Below, piece after piece: positions 1 through 12,839 of a stretch of 64,000 nt of DNA. Numbering within the stretch: position 1 is the stretch's first letter; the number at the start of each line of letters is the position of its first letter. The DNA is taken from assembly GCA_025603075.1 (NCBI GenBank), contig MU626274.1, positions 1 through 64,000 on the forward strand, written 5' to 3'. Source of the DNA: Neoconidiobolus thromboides FSU 785. Lineage: Eukaryota > Fungi > Entomophthoromycota. The notes below the pieces were generated by a model. That model was not told where the DNA came from. It made no database searches and saw only the letters and a program-made list of their open reading frames with translations. The position numbers and the translations under genes were made by a program.

Positions 1-156
1 CCCTAACCCTAACCCTAACCCTAACCCTAACCCTAACCCTAACCCTAACCCTAACCCTAACCCTAACCCTAACCCTAACCCTAACCCTATCCCTATCCCT
101 ATCCCTAACCCTAACCCTATCCCTATCCCTAACCCTAACCCTATCCCTATCCCTAA
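1..156 (+). repeat. Telomeric tract (CCCTAA)n = (TTAGGG)n, with CCCTAT variants proximally
   Basis: 26 hexamers from base 1: 14 perfect CCCTAA, then a CCCTAT/CCCTAA mixture. Orientation is that of a left chromosome end. Confidence 0.97.
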
Positions 157-627
157 CCAATTTATACTCCTGAGATAACCCCAATATTTATTCCAAATCT
201 AATACTTAATACCTGTTATAACTTTGTATTTTAATTGATTTTTCTAATATTCTTTTCATATTTTAACTATTCTTATTCTGTTTTTACTATTTTAATCTAC
301 TTTTGCTCTTGTTATGATTATAATCCAGTCTTCAGTCTTACACACCCATTGATTTTGTTTATCCCTAATTCTAAAAATTACTCTAAAAATATCTTGAAAA
401 AACATTGTTAAAAAGCTTTATATTTTTAATAATTTTACAAATATTCAAACAAAACACTCAAAATTATATATATAATTTTTATATAATTTAAGTCTATAAT
501 ATACTTATTATTAAAGTTTTGATTTATTAATATTATATATATCAAATTTTATATTGATTTTATATTGGCTTTGTAGCATTAGTTGAAAAGTTCTATAACT
601 TAACAAATTTATTACTATAAGACTATC

Positions 628-1283
628 TGAAATCTGGTGCTCAGTGATTGGAGTCAAAAACAGCTATTACCTGATTGACTACACTATAAATTAAAAGGTC
701 TTAGTTTATGTGACTAAGATAGACTTGAATTATGAAGAATAGCACGTAATAGGCTACGGACTATGTAAGACAAATATAATAGACACTTCTAATGTAAAAT
801 TACGTAAAATACTATTAAGAAAACTTAGTGGCTTTATTAAATGTTTGAGATATTAAAGAATGTTATCTGGGGATGTATTTTTTCATTCAAGAATTTTGTT
901 AACAACCTTTCCACTTAAATAGCGTTTAAAAGATGGAAAAAGTAATGAAATCAAAAAAAACATCCCCATCTTCTCATTCTGATATTTATACTTTTCAGAG
1001 TATAAAAGAGTTTTCAGAGTATAGTAATTCGAGGCTTTTTGACTGAGTTATTCCCTGATATCTCAAACATTTAATAAAGCCACTAAGTTTTCTTAATAGT
1101 ATTTTACGTAATTTTACATTAGAAGTGTCTATTATATTTGTCTTACATAGTCCGTAGCCTATTACGTGCTATTCTTCATAATTCAAGTCTATCTTAGTCA
1201 CATAAACTAAGACCTTTTAATTTATAGTGTAGTCAATCAGGTAATAGCTGTTTTTGACTCCAATCACTGAACACCAGATTTCA
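628..1283. repeat. Long inverted repeat: arms 628-853 and 1058-1283 (226 bp, 1 mismatch), 204-bp spacer containing a MITE
   Basis: The reverse complement of 1058-1283 matches 628-853 except C/T at 640. Confidence 0.95.
869..967 (+). mobile_element. MITE copy 1 (GGGGATG...CATCCCC), flanked by ATCT/ATCT
   Basis: Terminal inverted repeats, internal consensus AAATAGCG(C/T)TTAAAA..GGAAAAAGTAATGAA, identical 4-bp flanks at 865-868 and 968-971. Confidence 0.9.
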
Positions 1284-1696
1284 CAATGGTTTATTTATTT
1301 AATAATAAATCTGCAATGTTGTTTATAAAGCAGTCGATAATAAATGCTTCCAAATAAAATTTTATAAGAATATGTATTTAAGATCTAGTAGAAATTCCTC
1401 TAACTTACAGTATAAACTATAATAGAATAATTTAGAACTGTGTCAGCCACTTTTACTTTTTAATAAAAAAATTGTTTTTATAGAATTTTAAGCGAAGTTT
1501 CTAAAATACAAAATATTTGAAAATTGCGTAAAATAATGAAACTAATTCGGACGTCCCCATATATTTACTAAAATAAGCTTAAAAGTATGAGATATAGAAA
1601 TACCAATACAGCTTAAAGTTTTTTTAAATCAAATTACAAAATTTAATAGTTTTATAGTATTTTATATAAATTTTATAATATTATTATTTATTATAT

Positions 1697-1794
1697 GAGA
1701 ATGTTTTTTTAACTTCATCACTTTTTCCGTCTTTTGAGCGCTATTTAAGTGGAAAAAGTGTTAGTAAAGTTCTTAAGTACAAAAATATATCCCC
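1697..1794 (-). mobile_element. MITE copy 2
   Basis: Same family in reverse orientation, ATAT flanks on both sides. Confidence 0.85.
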
Positions 1795-1952
1795 ATATAC
1801 TATTTTTACTAATTTGAGTTTATTTCAATTACATAAACTAAAATTTTTTAACTTATAATCAGTTAATTAAATAAAAACTACTTTTAACTCTAGCTATTAA
1901 GTTTTTAATTTTTGGCTTCAAAAAATGGACAAAAAATGAGTAAGTAATATTT

Positions 1953-2044
1953 AGGGGTGTTTTTTTGTTTCATTACTTTTTTCTATTTTTTATAGTGCTG
2001 TTGAGCAAAAAAACGTCGCTAAAATTTTTAAAATAGACATTCCT
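1953..2044 (-). mobile_element. MITE copy 3 (degenerate)
   Basis: AGGGGTGTTTTTTTGTTTCATTACTTTT start matches the family; the other end is eroded. Confidence 0.65.
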
Positions 2045-2388
2045 ATTCTTTACTTTAGGAATGAACATAAATAAAACTTGGAAATTTTAATATTAATTCT
2101 AAGCAGATTCTTAAGTTTAATTGTATATTATTTCAATAGATCGATTCAAAACCATCAATATAAAAAGCTTAACATCTAAAATAAATACAAACTAAATAAT
2201 TGAAGCTAAAAACATATGCCTAAGCCCAGTTGTATTAAGAGAATGAAAATTGTAGTTTGCAATTTTTAGAATGTAAATCAATAAACGCATATTACTCTTT
2301 TTTTGCAAAGCTTTAACCCAAAAACGTCATCTAAAGCTTAAACTCAAATTCATAATCCAATTTAATCTTCTAATTTAATTACAAACAA

Positions 2389-3464
2389 ATGGGATCTGTA
2401 GGAACTGGTGTAAGATATTAAACAAATTTTCAAAATTTTACCTAGAACTTATTTTTTAGTACGATTTCTCTGCTTCTACCTATTCACCAGAGGGTAGAAT
2501 CTTTCAAGTTGAATACGCTACTAAAGCTGTCGAAAATGCAGAGTAATAATAGTTTAATTGATTGTAGAAATTCAATAAAATTTATACAAATCTTTATTAG
2601 AACTTCAATTGGAATACGCTTCAAAGATGGAATTATTCTTGCTGTACAAAAATTAGTTCAATCTAAGCTTTTAGTTCCAGGAACTAATCGTCGTATTCAT
2701 TCTGTTGATGAACACGTTGGTTTGGTAATTAATATATTCCTTTATTGTAAAAGTATTTTGAGTCCTTAACTATATCAAATAGGCATCTACTGGATTATAC
2801 GCTGATGGAAAACATTTAGTAAAACGTGCCCGTGAAGAAGCACGCCATTATTTTGATACTTATCATTCCTCTGTACCTGGAAAAGTAATCAAAATCGACA
2901 AGCTATTTCACATAATACTTATTTAATTTAGATTATCTCAGATCGTATTGGGAATTATGTTCAAGCCCATACATTATATTCATCTGTAAGACCATTTGGT
3001 GCTTCAGCCATTTTAGGCTTAGTCGACCATAATGGGCCACAACTTTATATGGTGGAACCTTCTGGTATTTACTGGGTAAGTATTATAATTGACCTATCAT
3101 GATATGATATTGATATTTGCTATTAAAGGGATACCATGGATGTGCAACTGGAAAAGGACATAAAGTAGCAAAAAATGAGTTGGAAAAACTTTCCTTTGAA
3201 AACTTAACATCCAAACAAGCCATAAAAGAAGCTGCTAAAATTATATTAATATGTCATGAAGATAGTAAAAATAAGCAACTTGAGATAGAAATGAGTTGGA
3301 TTTCACCCGAAACAAACAACCAACATCAACGAGTACCTGAAGATTTATTGAATCAAGCTATTGAAGAAGCCAAGGTACCTTTAGTTCTTCTATTATTCCA
3401 ACATGCTAACGTTTTATAGGAGGAATTGAAATCTGACGATGAGGATGATGAGGATATGGAATAA
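2389..3464 (+). CDS. PRE10: 20S proteasome subunit alpha type-3 (alpha7), multi-exon
   Basis: Spliced N-terminus MGSVGTG|YDFSASTYSPEGRIFQVEYATKAVEN is the alpha-subunit signature; SVRPFG and GYHGCATGKG motifs; acidic C-tail to TAA 3462-3464. Confidence 0.93.
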
Positions 3465-3725
3465 TATTTTTAATTAAATTTATTTCAAAATTTCACATTT
3501 ACACTTTGATCATTCTTTTTTTTTTTATTGTCATTTTATAAAAAGGTATATTTATATCTTCAAAGCTTCGTTTAGATTAAAGTTAAGTAAATAAAATTAC
3601 AAAAATAATACAATTTAAGTTATAAAATAAAAGTAGATTTGTAATAGATGTTATTAGTTTATATAATATTAAATTTGAAAAGAATGAATTAAGTTTTAAA
3701 TTCTTAGTCAATGATACATGACCAA

Positions 3726-5027
3726 CTAGTTTTTTTTGGATGGTATTAATTGAGTAACTATTACAACAATAATAATAATTAAAACAATAATAGCTATTCC
3801 AAGTAGAATAAATTTTTTCTATTTAAAATTGGTTAATAAAATCAATTATAACTAAAATCAAAACTACCTTTCTTGAACTCTTAGCCAACTCAGTTGCTTG
3901 ATTAAGTTGAACGTTTACCTCACCCAAGTTTTCGTTAGCTTGTTCAACATGAGTTTCAATATTTTCAACCAAAACTTCTTGCTTTTCAACCATATATTGC
4001 ATTTCATGGTATAAACTATTTAATTCCTAAATATAAAAGTAATTAAATTTATTCAATAATTTTAAAAGTATTGTCCTTACTTCAATACTTTTAACAATCT
4101 TTTGGATATCCATGTGTCTATCTTGTACTTCTTTTAATGCACGTTTGGCTTCTCCACCACGAGCAGATTGTAAAACCTAACAAACTTAGAATCTTATCTA
4201 AAAAATTAATAAAAATAAATACAGATTGTGCGAAAACAGAGCCATTGTTATCTCCCTCAAGAGCTTCTTTAATCTCCTCTTCAGTAGCATCAGGGCGTAC
4301 TTTAATGATATGATTAATATCATATTAGATCATTTTATTAGTATTATTTACCTATACGATATTGTCTTTCCATTCTTGCTTTTACTTGTTGACGATGCTT
4401 TTGTTCAACTTTTTGATAACTAGTGATACTATCCATAAATTGTTTTTTTAAAGTAGCATACTAAAAATAATAAATTAAATGAATTTAACAAGTAACAGTA
4501 ATATACCTGAGCTTTACGGATACTATCTTGTGAAGGATCACTTAATTTGATGTTAATTAAATCTATAAAATATAGGTTTAAAAATTATATACATATGAAA
4601 TAGATTATTTACGTTGTAAGGAGGTTTTTATGGTTTGCATTAAAGTACGCGCCTCTGAAGTTAGCTTATCAGTAGTATTGGTATGCTCTATATAAAATAT
4701 TTATTAATTGTCTATAAAAATAAAGTAAAGGATCAAGTACCTTGCTGTTGTTGATCAGAAATAACATTTAAAGCTTGTTCATTTAAAGTACTAATTTTAG
4801 CAATCATCGATTTGAAATCTTCAATATCTGCTTTGATTTTAGAAATGTCTGATAAATAAGAATCATTTTCTCCAGGAGAGCCAAGTGATGTTTGATAAAT
4901 ATTAGTCATTTCTAAATCATGGGAATTGTTTTGAGCAGCAGCCTATAAATAAATATATTAATTATATTATTTTTATTATGCAATTCTATAACTTTACTCT
5001 TGCTTCAGCTAATCTATCACGACTCAT
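3726..5027 (-). CDS. Syntaxin (Sso1/2-like plasma-membrane Qa-SNARE), multi-exon
   Basis: MSRDRLAEAR start; t-SNARE helix ELNSLYHEMQYMVEKQEVLVENIETHVEQANENL; C-terminal TM anchor KKFILLGIAIIVLIIIIVVIV. Confidence 0.88.
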
Positions 5028-5364
5028 TTTTTATTTAAGTTTAATATTAAGTTTAATGATTTATAAAAAATCTGTTTATTTATCCTCTAAAAATAAATGT
5101 CAATTTATTAATAAGATAATCCAACTTTTATATTTAGAACAAGAGTAGTTAATATGATTAACGGAGTTATTAAATCAAAATAAGAACTTGGCAAGAGCTT
5201 AAGTTTATGATTGGCTTAGCTTTTCCTCAAATTCATTCTTAAGCGTTCATTCTGAATGATTTATTGTGATAAATTCTATTTTTATTCCAAAAATACGTTT
5301 ATGTTGTATGTTGTGTTTAAAACTACTCAACAAATTTAACTATACAAACTTATTAAATATTAAC

Positions 5365-6311
5365 ATGAACTATTACATTAATCCATTTATCAAAGTTAAT
5401 CTAATTGGATGTGATTTTGATGAAACTATAACAAAGGTAGATACCATTTCACTTTTAGCAAATTTAAAAGAAAGCGATGTAGATTGGAACCATTTTGTTA
5501 AAAAATATATGACTGATTACAACTTAATAAAGGAAAGTGCCTTGAACAAATTCAAACTAAAAGTCAAAGGTGAACAGAATTGGAACAAAAAAATGGATAT
5601 ACTAAATGAGTATATTGAGGAATTTAAAGTTGTAGAAGTAAACTCAATCAATAGAATTAATGAATCAAAAGTGCTAAAAGGAATAAGTTTAAATAAAATA
5701 AAAAAACTAAGCTCAGCTATTCCATTACAAATAGGTGTAAAAGAACAATTAAATAGCTTAACAAATAAAAATATTTTATTTAAGTTATTTGAAATAAATA
5801 ACATTAATAATATTAACATATTGTCATTAAATTGGTCAAAACAACTTATTTTGTTTACTATAAAATTTATGCTTCATAATGATAATAACGATACTAATAT
5901 AAATATATATTCAAATGATATTTTATTCAATGACAATAACTTATCATCAGGTAATATAACAGGGGATTTAAAAACAGGTGTTGATAAATTAAATTTATGG
6001 AAGAAGTTAATTGATAAAAGTAAAATAAAGAATCCAACTACTTTGTATTTAGGCGACTCATTAAATGATTTACCATGCCTTTGTAAGTTTTTTTAAAATT
6101 TAAATATTTTGATTTTAATTGTCTTATAGTGGAAAGTACCTTTGGTATTATAATTGGTAAGACCTCTCCGAGTAAGCAGATTATTGATATATGTGAATTA
6201 TTAGGTGTTAAAATCGTTTCTGGATTACCTTGTAAAGACAATATTATTGATAGTAATGAAAGTAAAGTATTATATCATATTCCAAATTGGTCAAGTGAAT
6301 TATTTAAATAA
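5365..6311 (+). CDS. HAD-superfamily phosphatase (CTO1/YCR015C- or TH2-HAD-like), 2 exons
   Basis: HAD motif I (CDFDETIT) and motif IV (YLGDSLNDLPCL); intron near 6084-6129 joins ORF 5266-6096 to ORF 6129-6311. Confidence 0.75.
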
Positions 6312-6680
6312 TAGACAATAAATATTGTAACACAAAGCTAGATTGTTTTTGTTAAAGATTATTTCTTTAAATTAAAATATTCAATTTATCTTATTAATAT
6401 TTGATTTTTAAGATAAATGTAGCTACTACTAGATTAAGCTATTCTAACGCGAAAATACCCGCATTTTCAAATTAAAATAATCTTCAAATTAGTAATTTAA
6501 ATTAGCCAGTTAAAATTATTTATTATTTTTAAATACTATAACATTCTTATTATTCAAATTATAAATTTGAATAAAGTAGTATTGATTCTAAAATGGTGCA
6601 ATTTAAACAAATTATTATAAACTATTTTATTTCTTTTTAATCCCTTCTTCTCTTTCTTAATATTAATTTAATTTTATACG

Positions 6681-7657
6681 ATGGGAGATGGAATCGAGAA
6701 ATTCTTTCTAGGTGGCATAGCTTGTATGTCAGCAGCAGTAATCACAAATCCAATAGGTAAATAAAAGTTAGTTAAATACAATATAGTTGATAGTAATTAT
6801 TAGATGTTGTTAAGGTCCGTTTACAGTTACAATACAATAATACCAAGATTAATAATATCAATCAAATGAAATATACAGGTTTTTTAAATGGTTTAAAACA
6901 AATGTATTTGAAAGAAGGTATCAAGTCATGGTATAAAGGTTTGGAAGCTTCTTTATTAAGAGAAGCAAGTTATTCCACCTTAAGGATGGGTCTATATGAA
7001 CCAATTAAATCAAAACTCATTAATAAAAGTAACAATAATTTATTACATATAAAGATTATATCAGCAGCTATTTCAGGTGGGATTGGTGCTTTTATTGCTA
7101 ATCCAACTGATTTGATTAAAGTTAGAATGCAAGCAATAACTAAAGATAATTTACCACCTTATAAAAATACTTTTAATGCATTTAATGTTATATTTCAACA
7201 AGAAGGAATAAAAGGACTGTATAAAGGAGTTGTAAGTCAAATTTGAACTTTATGTTAATTAACTCATTAACCAATTAAGGGTCCTACTACACAACGTGCA
7301 ATGTTATTGACTGCCTCACAGTTAGCTAGTTATGATCACTTTAAGCAATCATTACTTAAATCAAATCTGTTTACTGAAGGCTTAGTTTTACATTTTTTTA
7401 CTTCTATTTTGGCTGGTCTTGTTGCTGCAATTACTACTTCGCCTTTAGATACTATAAAATCAAGGTATATGAATCAACCTAAAGATTTAATTTATCATTC
7501 TCCTTTACACTGTGCAACCTCAACTATAAAAAATGAAGGTTTTATGGCTTTATATAAAGGCTTCTTTCCAAATTGGATAAGAATTGGGCCACATACTGTA
7601 ATAACTTTTATTATATTGGAAAATTTGAGAAAGTTATTAGGTCATAAACCATTATAA
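6681..7657 (+). CDS. Mitochondrial carrier protein (UCP/dicarboxylate-carrier-like), 3 exons
   Basis: Three Px[DE]xx[KR] repeats (NPI|DVVK, NPTDLIK, SPLDTIK) plus REASYSTLRMGLY and RIGPHT motifs. Confidence 0.9.
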
Positions 7658-8456
7658 TAAACCAAACTATTAACTTATTTTTTTTACGATAAATGAAACT
7701 TAAGGAATTTGAAAGTAATTTATTGAAAATACTAAGTGTATTTATATAAATTTCACCTCAGTTTAAAGTTTAATATAGCAAATTTCAATAATTAAATAAA
7801 ATAGTTTTATATAGCTTACGTTTATACTTAAATATAGTGTGATTTAGACAATTAAAATTAAATTTTAATATAATTATTAATTTTTTAATTCAATTTGCTT
7901 TATTATCTCATTTTAATAAGCAGTATTATCATTAAAACACGCTATAATTAATTGCTGCTCGTTTAAGATCCTTAACATAAAGACGCTGTTATATTAGCTA
8001 CAATAATTACTAATGTTATTAGTAATATGTTATCTAAATAAGATACTAATAATTAAGTATTCTTATACTAAGAAACTAAGGGATAATGAAGATAGATTGT
8101 TATCCTTAGTTCAAGTGATCTCATTTAGACCATAATTAGTTCATTAACGCCATTTTGCTTTATTGCTTAATACTTGTTCCAATAAAGCAAGCTATCACTT
8201 AAAATAATTCAAAATAATTGGAGAATGACTTTACCCACATTAATCTTTCATTATTTAAATGGAATTTTATAAGATTAACTGTTAAAGCAATTTAAAGTTT
8301 AAATTGATTAAAAGATTTCTCTTTTTTGTATTTATAATTCTCTTATTTTTATCTTTTAGAAATTATAAATTAAATAAATATCAAAAGTTTTACAATGTAA
8401 TCCTACTAATAACACTCCACTACTTTTAAAACTTACTTAACTAATTTTTACTTTAG

Positions 8457-9725
8457 ATGCGTGAATCAACTATTTCCTACCCACTTCAAAACAGAGCTGT
8501 AAAGCAAGTTCCAAATTATTACGATCGAGCTTCGATTAATTGCCCCTCTATTATTCCTTTGCTAAATTCACTAAATCAATTAATATTTTTAACAAGCACT
8601 TCAGCTGGTGCTAGAGAACAAATCGTCAAAGACGGTGGCTTAGAACAACTTATACATATCCTTAATACAACAAAAATAATTGACATAAGAACTGGATGGA
8701 AATGGTCGATGGCTTATCAATGCGTGGTTAATATTGGTGTTAGGGGTAATGAACATATACGTAAAAGAGTAGTGGAGTCAGGTATCATACCAATAGTGAT
8801 TAATATATTAGATACTTTTTTAAATTCTCTAATGAATATAAAAAATCAAAATGAATTGTACAACTTAAAAAATAAAAAAAACAACACCATTAATAATAGC
8901 AGAGAACTAGCATTTATAAGGAACTCAAACTCAAACTCAGACTCGGCTTTAAATTTAATAATGCCCAACTTAAACTCAGAGCAGAACTCATCTTCATTTA
9001 TATTATCAAATAATAACAATAATAACAATAGCCAAAATAACAATCAAAATTTGGGATTATTCATTCCAGAAGAAAATGAAAGAAGTTCATCAGAAAATAC
9101 AAATAACGTCACTTTATCTGCTGAAGAAAACGATGAGATAATGACTGGGTATGAAAGTGAAAACGAAGAAATTAATAACAACAGCCCACCCGAGTGGTTA
9201 GATAAAGTATTGTACAGGGAAGAAGATATTTTACTTTCTTTACAACTTTTGGCTTACTTATCTAAATACCCTAACTTAAGGCAAATTTTGCATACTGGGT
9301 ATGAACCTGTAAACGTTTTTCAATTAGTAGAAATGTTTACTTCAAGAGTGAATGCAACTCAAGTCCAACATTGGTCTGGTATAATAATGCGTAATGCTTG
9401 CCGTAAAGATGAAGCTAGAGGAGGTCTTCGTCGTTGCGCGTTTATGTCGTGCGGTAAATGGGAAACTTGTCCGCGTGAGTTTGCTAAATGTAGAAGGTGT
9501 AGAAAAGCTAAATATTGTTCAAAGACATGTCAATCTCGTGCATGGACAGAAGGACACAGATATTGGTGCATAGAACGTACTGCAGATGCTCAAGGAGGTG
9601 ATGAAGTAGCTCAACCAAATACTAATGAGGATCAAATTAACCAAGTTACAGCACAATTATCAAATCAAGATACTGAATTAATAAACAATGGTGACCAAAC
9701 AAGTCATTTGCCAGAAAGACCATAA
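8457..9725 (+). CDS. MUB1: MYND-type zinc-finger protein Mub1/SamB
   Basis: MRES N-terminus, VVNIGVRG, IMRNACRKDE, and a C-terminal MYND finger (CAFMSC..CRRCRKAKYCSKTCQSRAW..H..WC). Confidence 0.9.
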   Translation: MRESTISYPLQNRAVKQVPNYYDRASINCPSIIPLLNSLNQLIFLTSTSAGAREQIVKDGGLEQLIHILNTTKIIDIRTGWKWSMAYQCVVNIGVRGNEHIRKRVVESGIIPIVINILDTFLNSLMNIKNQNELYNLKNKKNNTINNSRELAFIRNSNSNSDSALNLIMPNLNSEQNSSSFILSNNNNNNNSQNNNQNLGLFIPEENERSSSENTNNVTLSAEENDEIMTGYESENEEINNNSPPEWLDKVLYREEDILLSLQLLAYLSKYPNLRQILHTGYEPVNVFQLVEMFTSRVNATQVQHWSGIIMRNACRKDEARGGLRRCAFMSCGKWETCPREFAKCRRCRKAKYCSKTCQSRAWTEGHRYWCIERTADAQGGDEVAQPNTNEDQINQVTAQLSNQDTELINNGDQTSHLPERP

Positions 9726-9913
9726 AATTAAACTATGACTAGCATAAAATTATCAAAGTAAGGGGTTTTGTTTAGATGAATTAAATTTTAATTGTTTTAA
9801 TAAATTTTATAATCTTATTTCTTTATTATGTTTATTTTTAATAGTTTATTATCTTTAAACTTATAACATTAAGGTAAAGATAACTGAATAATTAAGTAGA
9901 TAATTATTTTTAT

Positions 9914-11498
9914 TCAGTTGAATGAATTATAATAGATCACTTTATCAGTCAATCTAGATTTTTCAGCTGCAAATACTAACTTGTGTGAATCTATAAAGGG
10001 CTATTAAATATTGTTAATGATAGCAATTTCTTAAACTACCTAGAGCCTGTTTAGCATCACATAAAATATAGCTAGAATCATTATGCTTTATAGAGTTAAC
10101 AAATGCCTTAACTAATGAAAAATCACCACCACCTTTCAAATAATTAATTAATAATTATGGCGTCATCTTAATTAAAATTACCATGTCCTGAAGCACCAAG
10201 CCCAGTCATTTGATCACTTAAATCATATTCTTTTTTTTCTTTTGTTAAAAAGTTGTAAACAGTAATCAGGTTGCTACCATCACTAATTAATTCACCTTTA
10301 TCCCCAAAAATAGTGGTCTAAAGTATATTACATGTTGTTATTGTAAAATAAAATAAAAATACCTTTCTTTTACACATTAATTCAGTAAATGCTGCCATCA
10401 TAAACGATACATTAATCCCACCTTCAAACTCAATATTTACTACCTTAATTATTAATAAAATGTTTGCAGAATATTAATAACTATAGAAAATTACTTGATT
10501 ATCACAAACATCATTATCACATTCATAAACACATCTTCCATATGGACCATTTTTCAATACGTTAGTTATGTTTTCAATATCTAATAATTTAATAATTAAT
10601 ATTATGGTATAATAGTAATAATAACAAAATACCTATAATGTCACTTATTCTATCTAACATCCAATAGTTCGTTTTGTCCTTAGTCTCAAAGGTATCTAAA
10701 TAAATAGACTTAGCAGAAGCAGCACATGTGTTTTTAATTGGACATTCTAAACAAATTTTACTATCCCCAGCCTCAAGTGGCTTATTTTGTTTTTTAAAGT
10801 GAAATAAATTCCCAAAAGAAGATACTTTGTTCCATTTACGACCATTAAGATAATGAGTTAATAAGTCAATATCGTGACAACACTTTGCCATTAAAACAAA
10901 GGAAGACTCCTTCTCATTCCTCCAATTTCCTCTTACAAATGAGTGTGTAAAATGATGATAACCCACTGGCTCTAAATGTTGAATAGAAGTTATATTACCG
11001 ATTTCATCTGAAAGTATTAATTCCATAATTTTAGTATTGATAGGTGTATATCTTAATACATGCCCAACTGCAAATAGTACATTGTTTTTATTGATAGTGT
11101 CATAAATCATTTCACATTCTTTTAAATTATTTGACATTGGCTTTTCTAATAAAATATGATATTTTAGGTTTGAAAATGCTATTGTTGGCTCAACATGATC
11201 TTGGTCTTGGGTAGCAATAATAACTGCGTCACAAAACTTTGGATAATTTACTAATACTCTCCAGTCATTGGCAATATATTTATTATCCTCAATACCATGT
11301 AAGTTGGCTAAATTTTCTCTTCTTATTTTGTTAGGATCTGCCACTGCTACTACTTTTAATTCTTCAGGATAACTCAGAGCATAGTTAGCATATATCAAAC
11401 CCCTATCAATATTAATATTTTATTATTAATCCTCTATATTTAATAAAATACCTATTTCCGCAACCTATAATAGCTACTCTAACTGAACTCAATACCAT
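9914..11498 (-). CDS. Gfo/Idh/MocA-family NAD(P)-dependent oxidoreductase, multi-exon
   Basis: VRVAIIGCGNR Rossmann start, LLEKPM, GHVLRY, KCCHDID; last exon SHKLVFAAEKSR ending at TGA 9914. Confidence 0.87.
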
Positions 11499-11645
11499 TA
11501 ATTTTAAATTTTGTTTTTTATACAAAATCAAAGCTATAATATATAATGATTATCTCTAGAGATAATCATGTGTTTAATAAATCACCTGATTCAAAATTTA
11601 ATCTTCAACTCTGACATGGTTTAAATTAAAAACAAATGTTTTTTA

Positions 11646-12839
11646 TTAACATTGTGAAATAACAAAATAAGTATTATCTTTGTTTTTTACAACTAATAAT
11701 GGAACCAGTAAAAAGAACACAAACAGAACTTGGCTCCAAATAATTGAAATCAAGAAATATCTCAACTTAAGTTTAATACTTTTAAAAGCAATCAATTCGC
11801 TCTATAAATAACTATTAGTATTATGATAATTAATAGAATATAAAGATATTACTATAAATGTCGATACGGTCGAAAGGCATCCACAAAATCCATCTGAAAT
11901 ACTATAAAGTGAGATACATGATATAGTAGATAAGCCATTATGGACTGTATTATCGACTGAAAAAGATAAAAAATAAGTTACAATAGCTAATACAGCAGAT
12001 GCAATTAAATTCGCAGTCAAAGTTCCTATTGGAAAACGTGAATATTTGACATTTAACCTTGATAGTAAATATCGAATATAAGCACCTAATGGAGCAAAAC
12101 CAGCACTCAAAGCAAATCTTCCAGCGTTTAAAAAATAAGAAGTAAAAAACAATAAAAAGATAGGGAATAAAGAAAATATGATAAAATAAACTGCTTCTTT
12201 TACAATTAAATCAGTGTATTTTATACTTAAAAAGTTGCTTAATTTTAGGCGTTGTAATTTAAGTATAGAAGGCCTATTTTCCAACGAAATGGCTTTGCTA
12301 AGTGCTTCTCCACTCTTAAAACCAAAATAACTTATTGAAACTGTTACTAAGATTTGGGAAATAAATCCTAAAATGCGACTTTGAGTTGATATTATAACTG
12401 ATGAAGGTTTTCTATATAGAAAAGATAGCTCTTCAAAAGCTGCCAAATTCCATGAAGAAAACGTAGTAATAGAACCACACAACCCACTAGAAATAGAACT
12501 ATAAAGCGAAGGATGTCTATAAATGAATGTCTTTTTAAAAAATGTGATCGCTAATGTTTGTATTACTAAAAATTACTTTGAAGCTATATGTGCTTTTAGG
12601 GGGGTAATAAGACCTAATATCATGCAACCAACGAATTGAGTATACAGCAATGGGATAACAATCTGGTTTTGATATGTAAATAATGTATTTAAGCCCAATC
12701 GAATAAATAAACCAATTATTGAAGTATAAGTTATAAATGTTAGTGTTGGTAATAATCTTTCTTCATACTCTATGTTAATGTTATTGTTAGTAGCAGTTAT
12801 TATTGCAGAATCAGAAGTTAAATCAGATTCTAAACTCAT
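11646..12839 (-). CDS. FEX1: Fluoride export protein (two CrcB/Fluc domains), 3 exons
   Basis: Two CrcB motifs (GLCGSITTFSSW and GFCGCLSTVSTF), FPIGTLTANL, many TM helices. Confidence 0.88.

Noticed and set aside
628-1283. Composite transposon with 226-bp TIRs
   Set aside because: Flanks (AGACTATC / CAATGGTT) show no target duplication, and one arm is part of a longer repeat that continues into the spacer.
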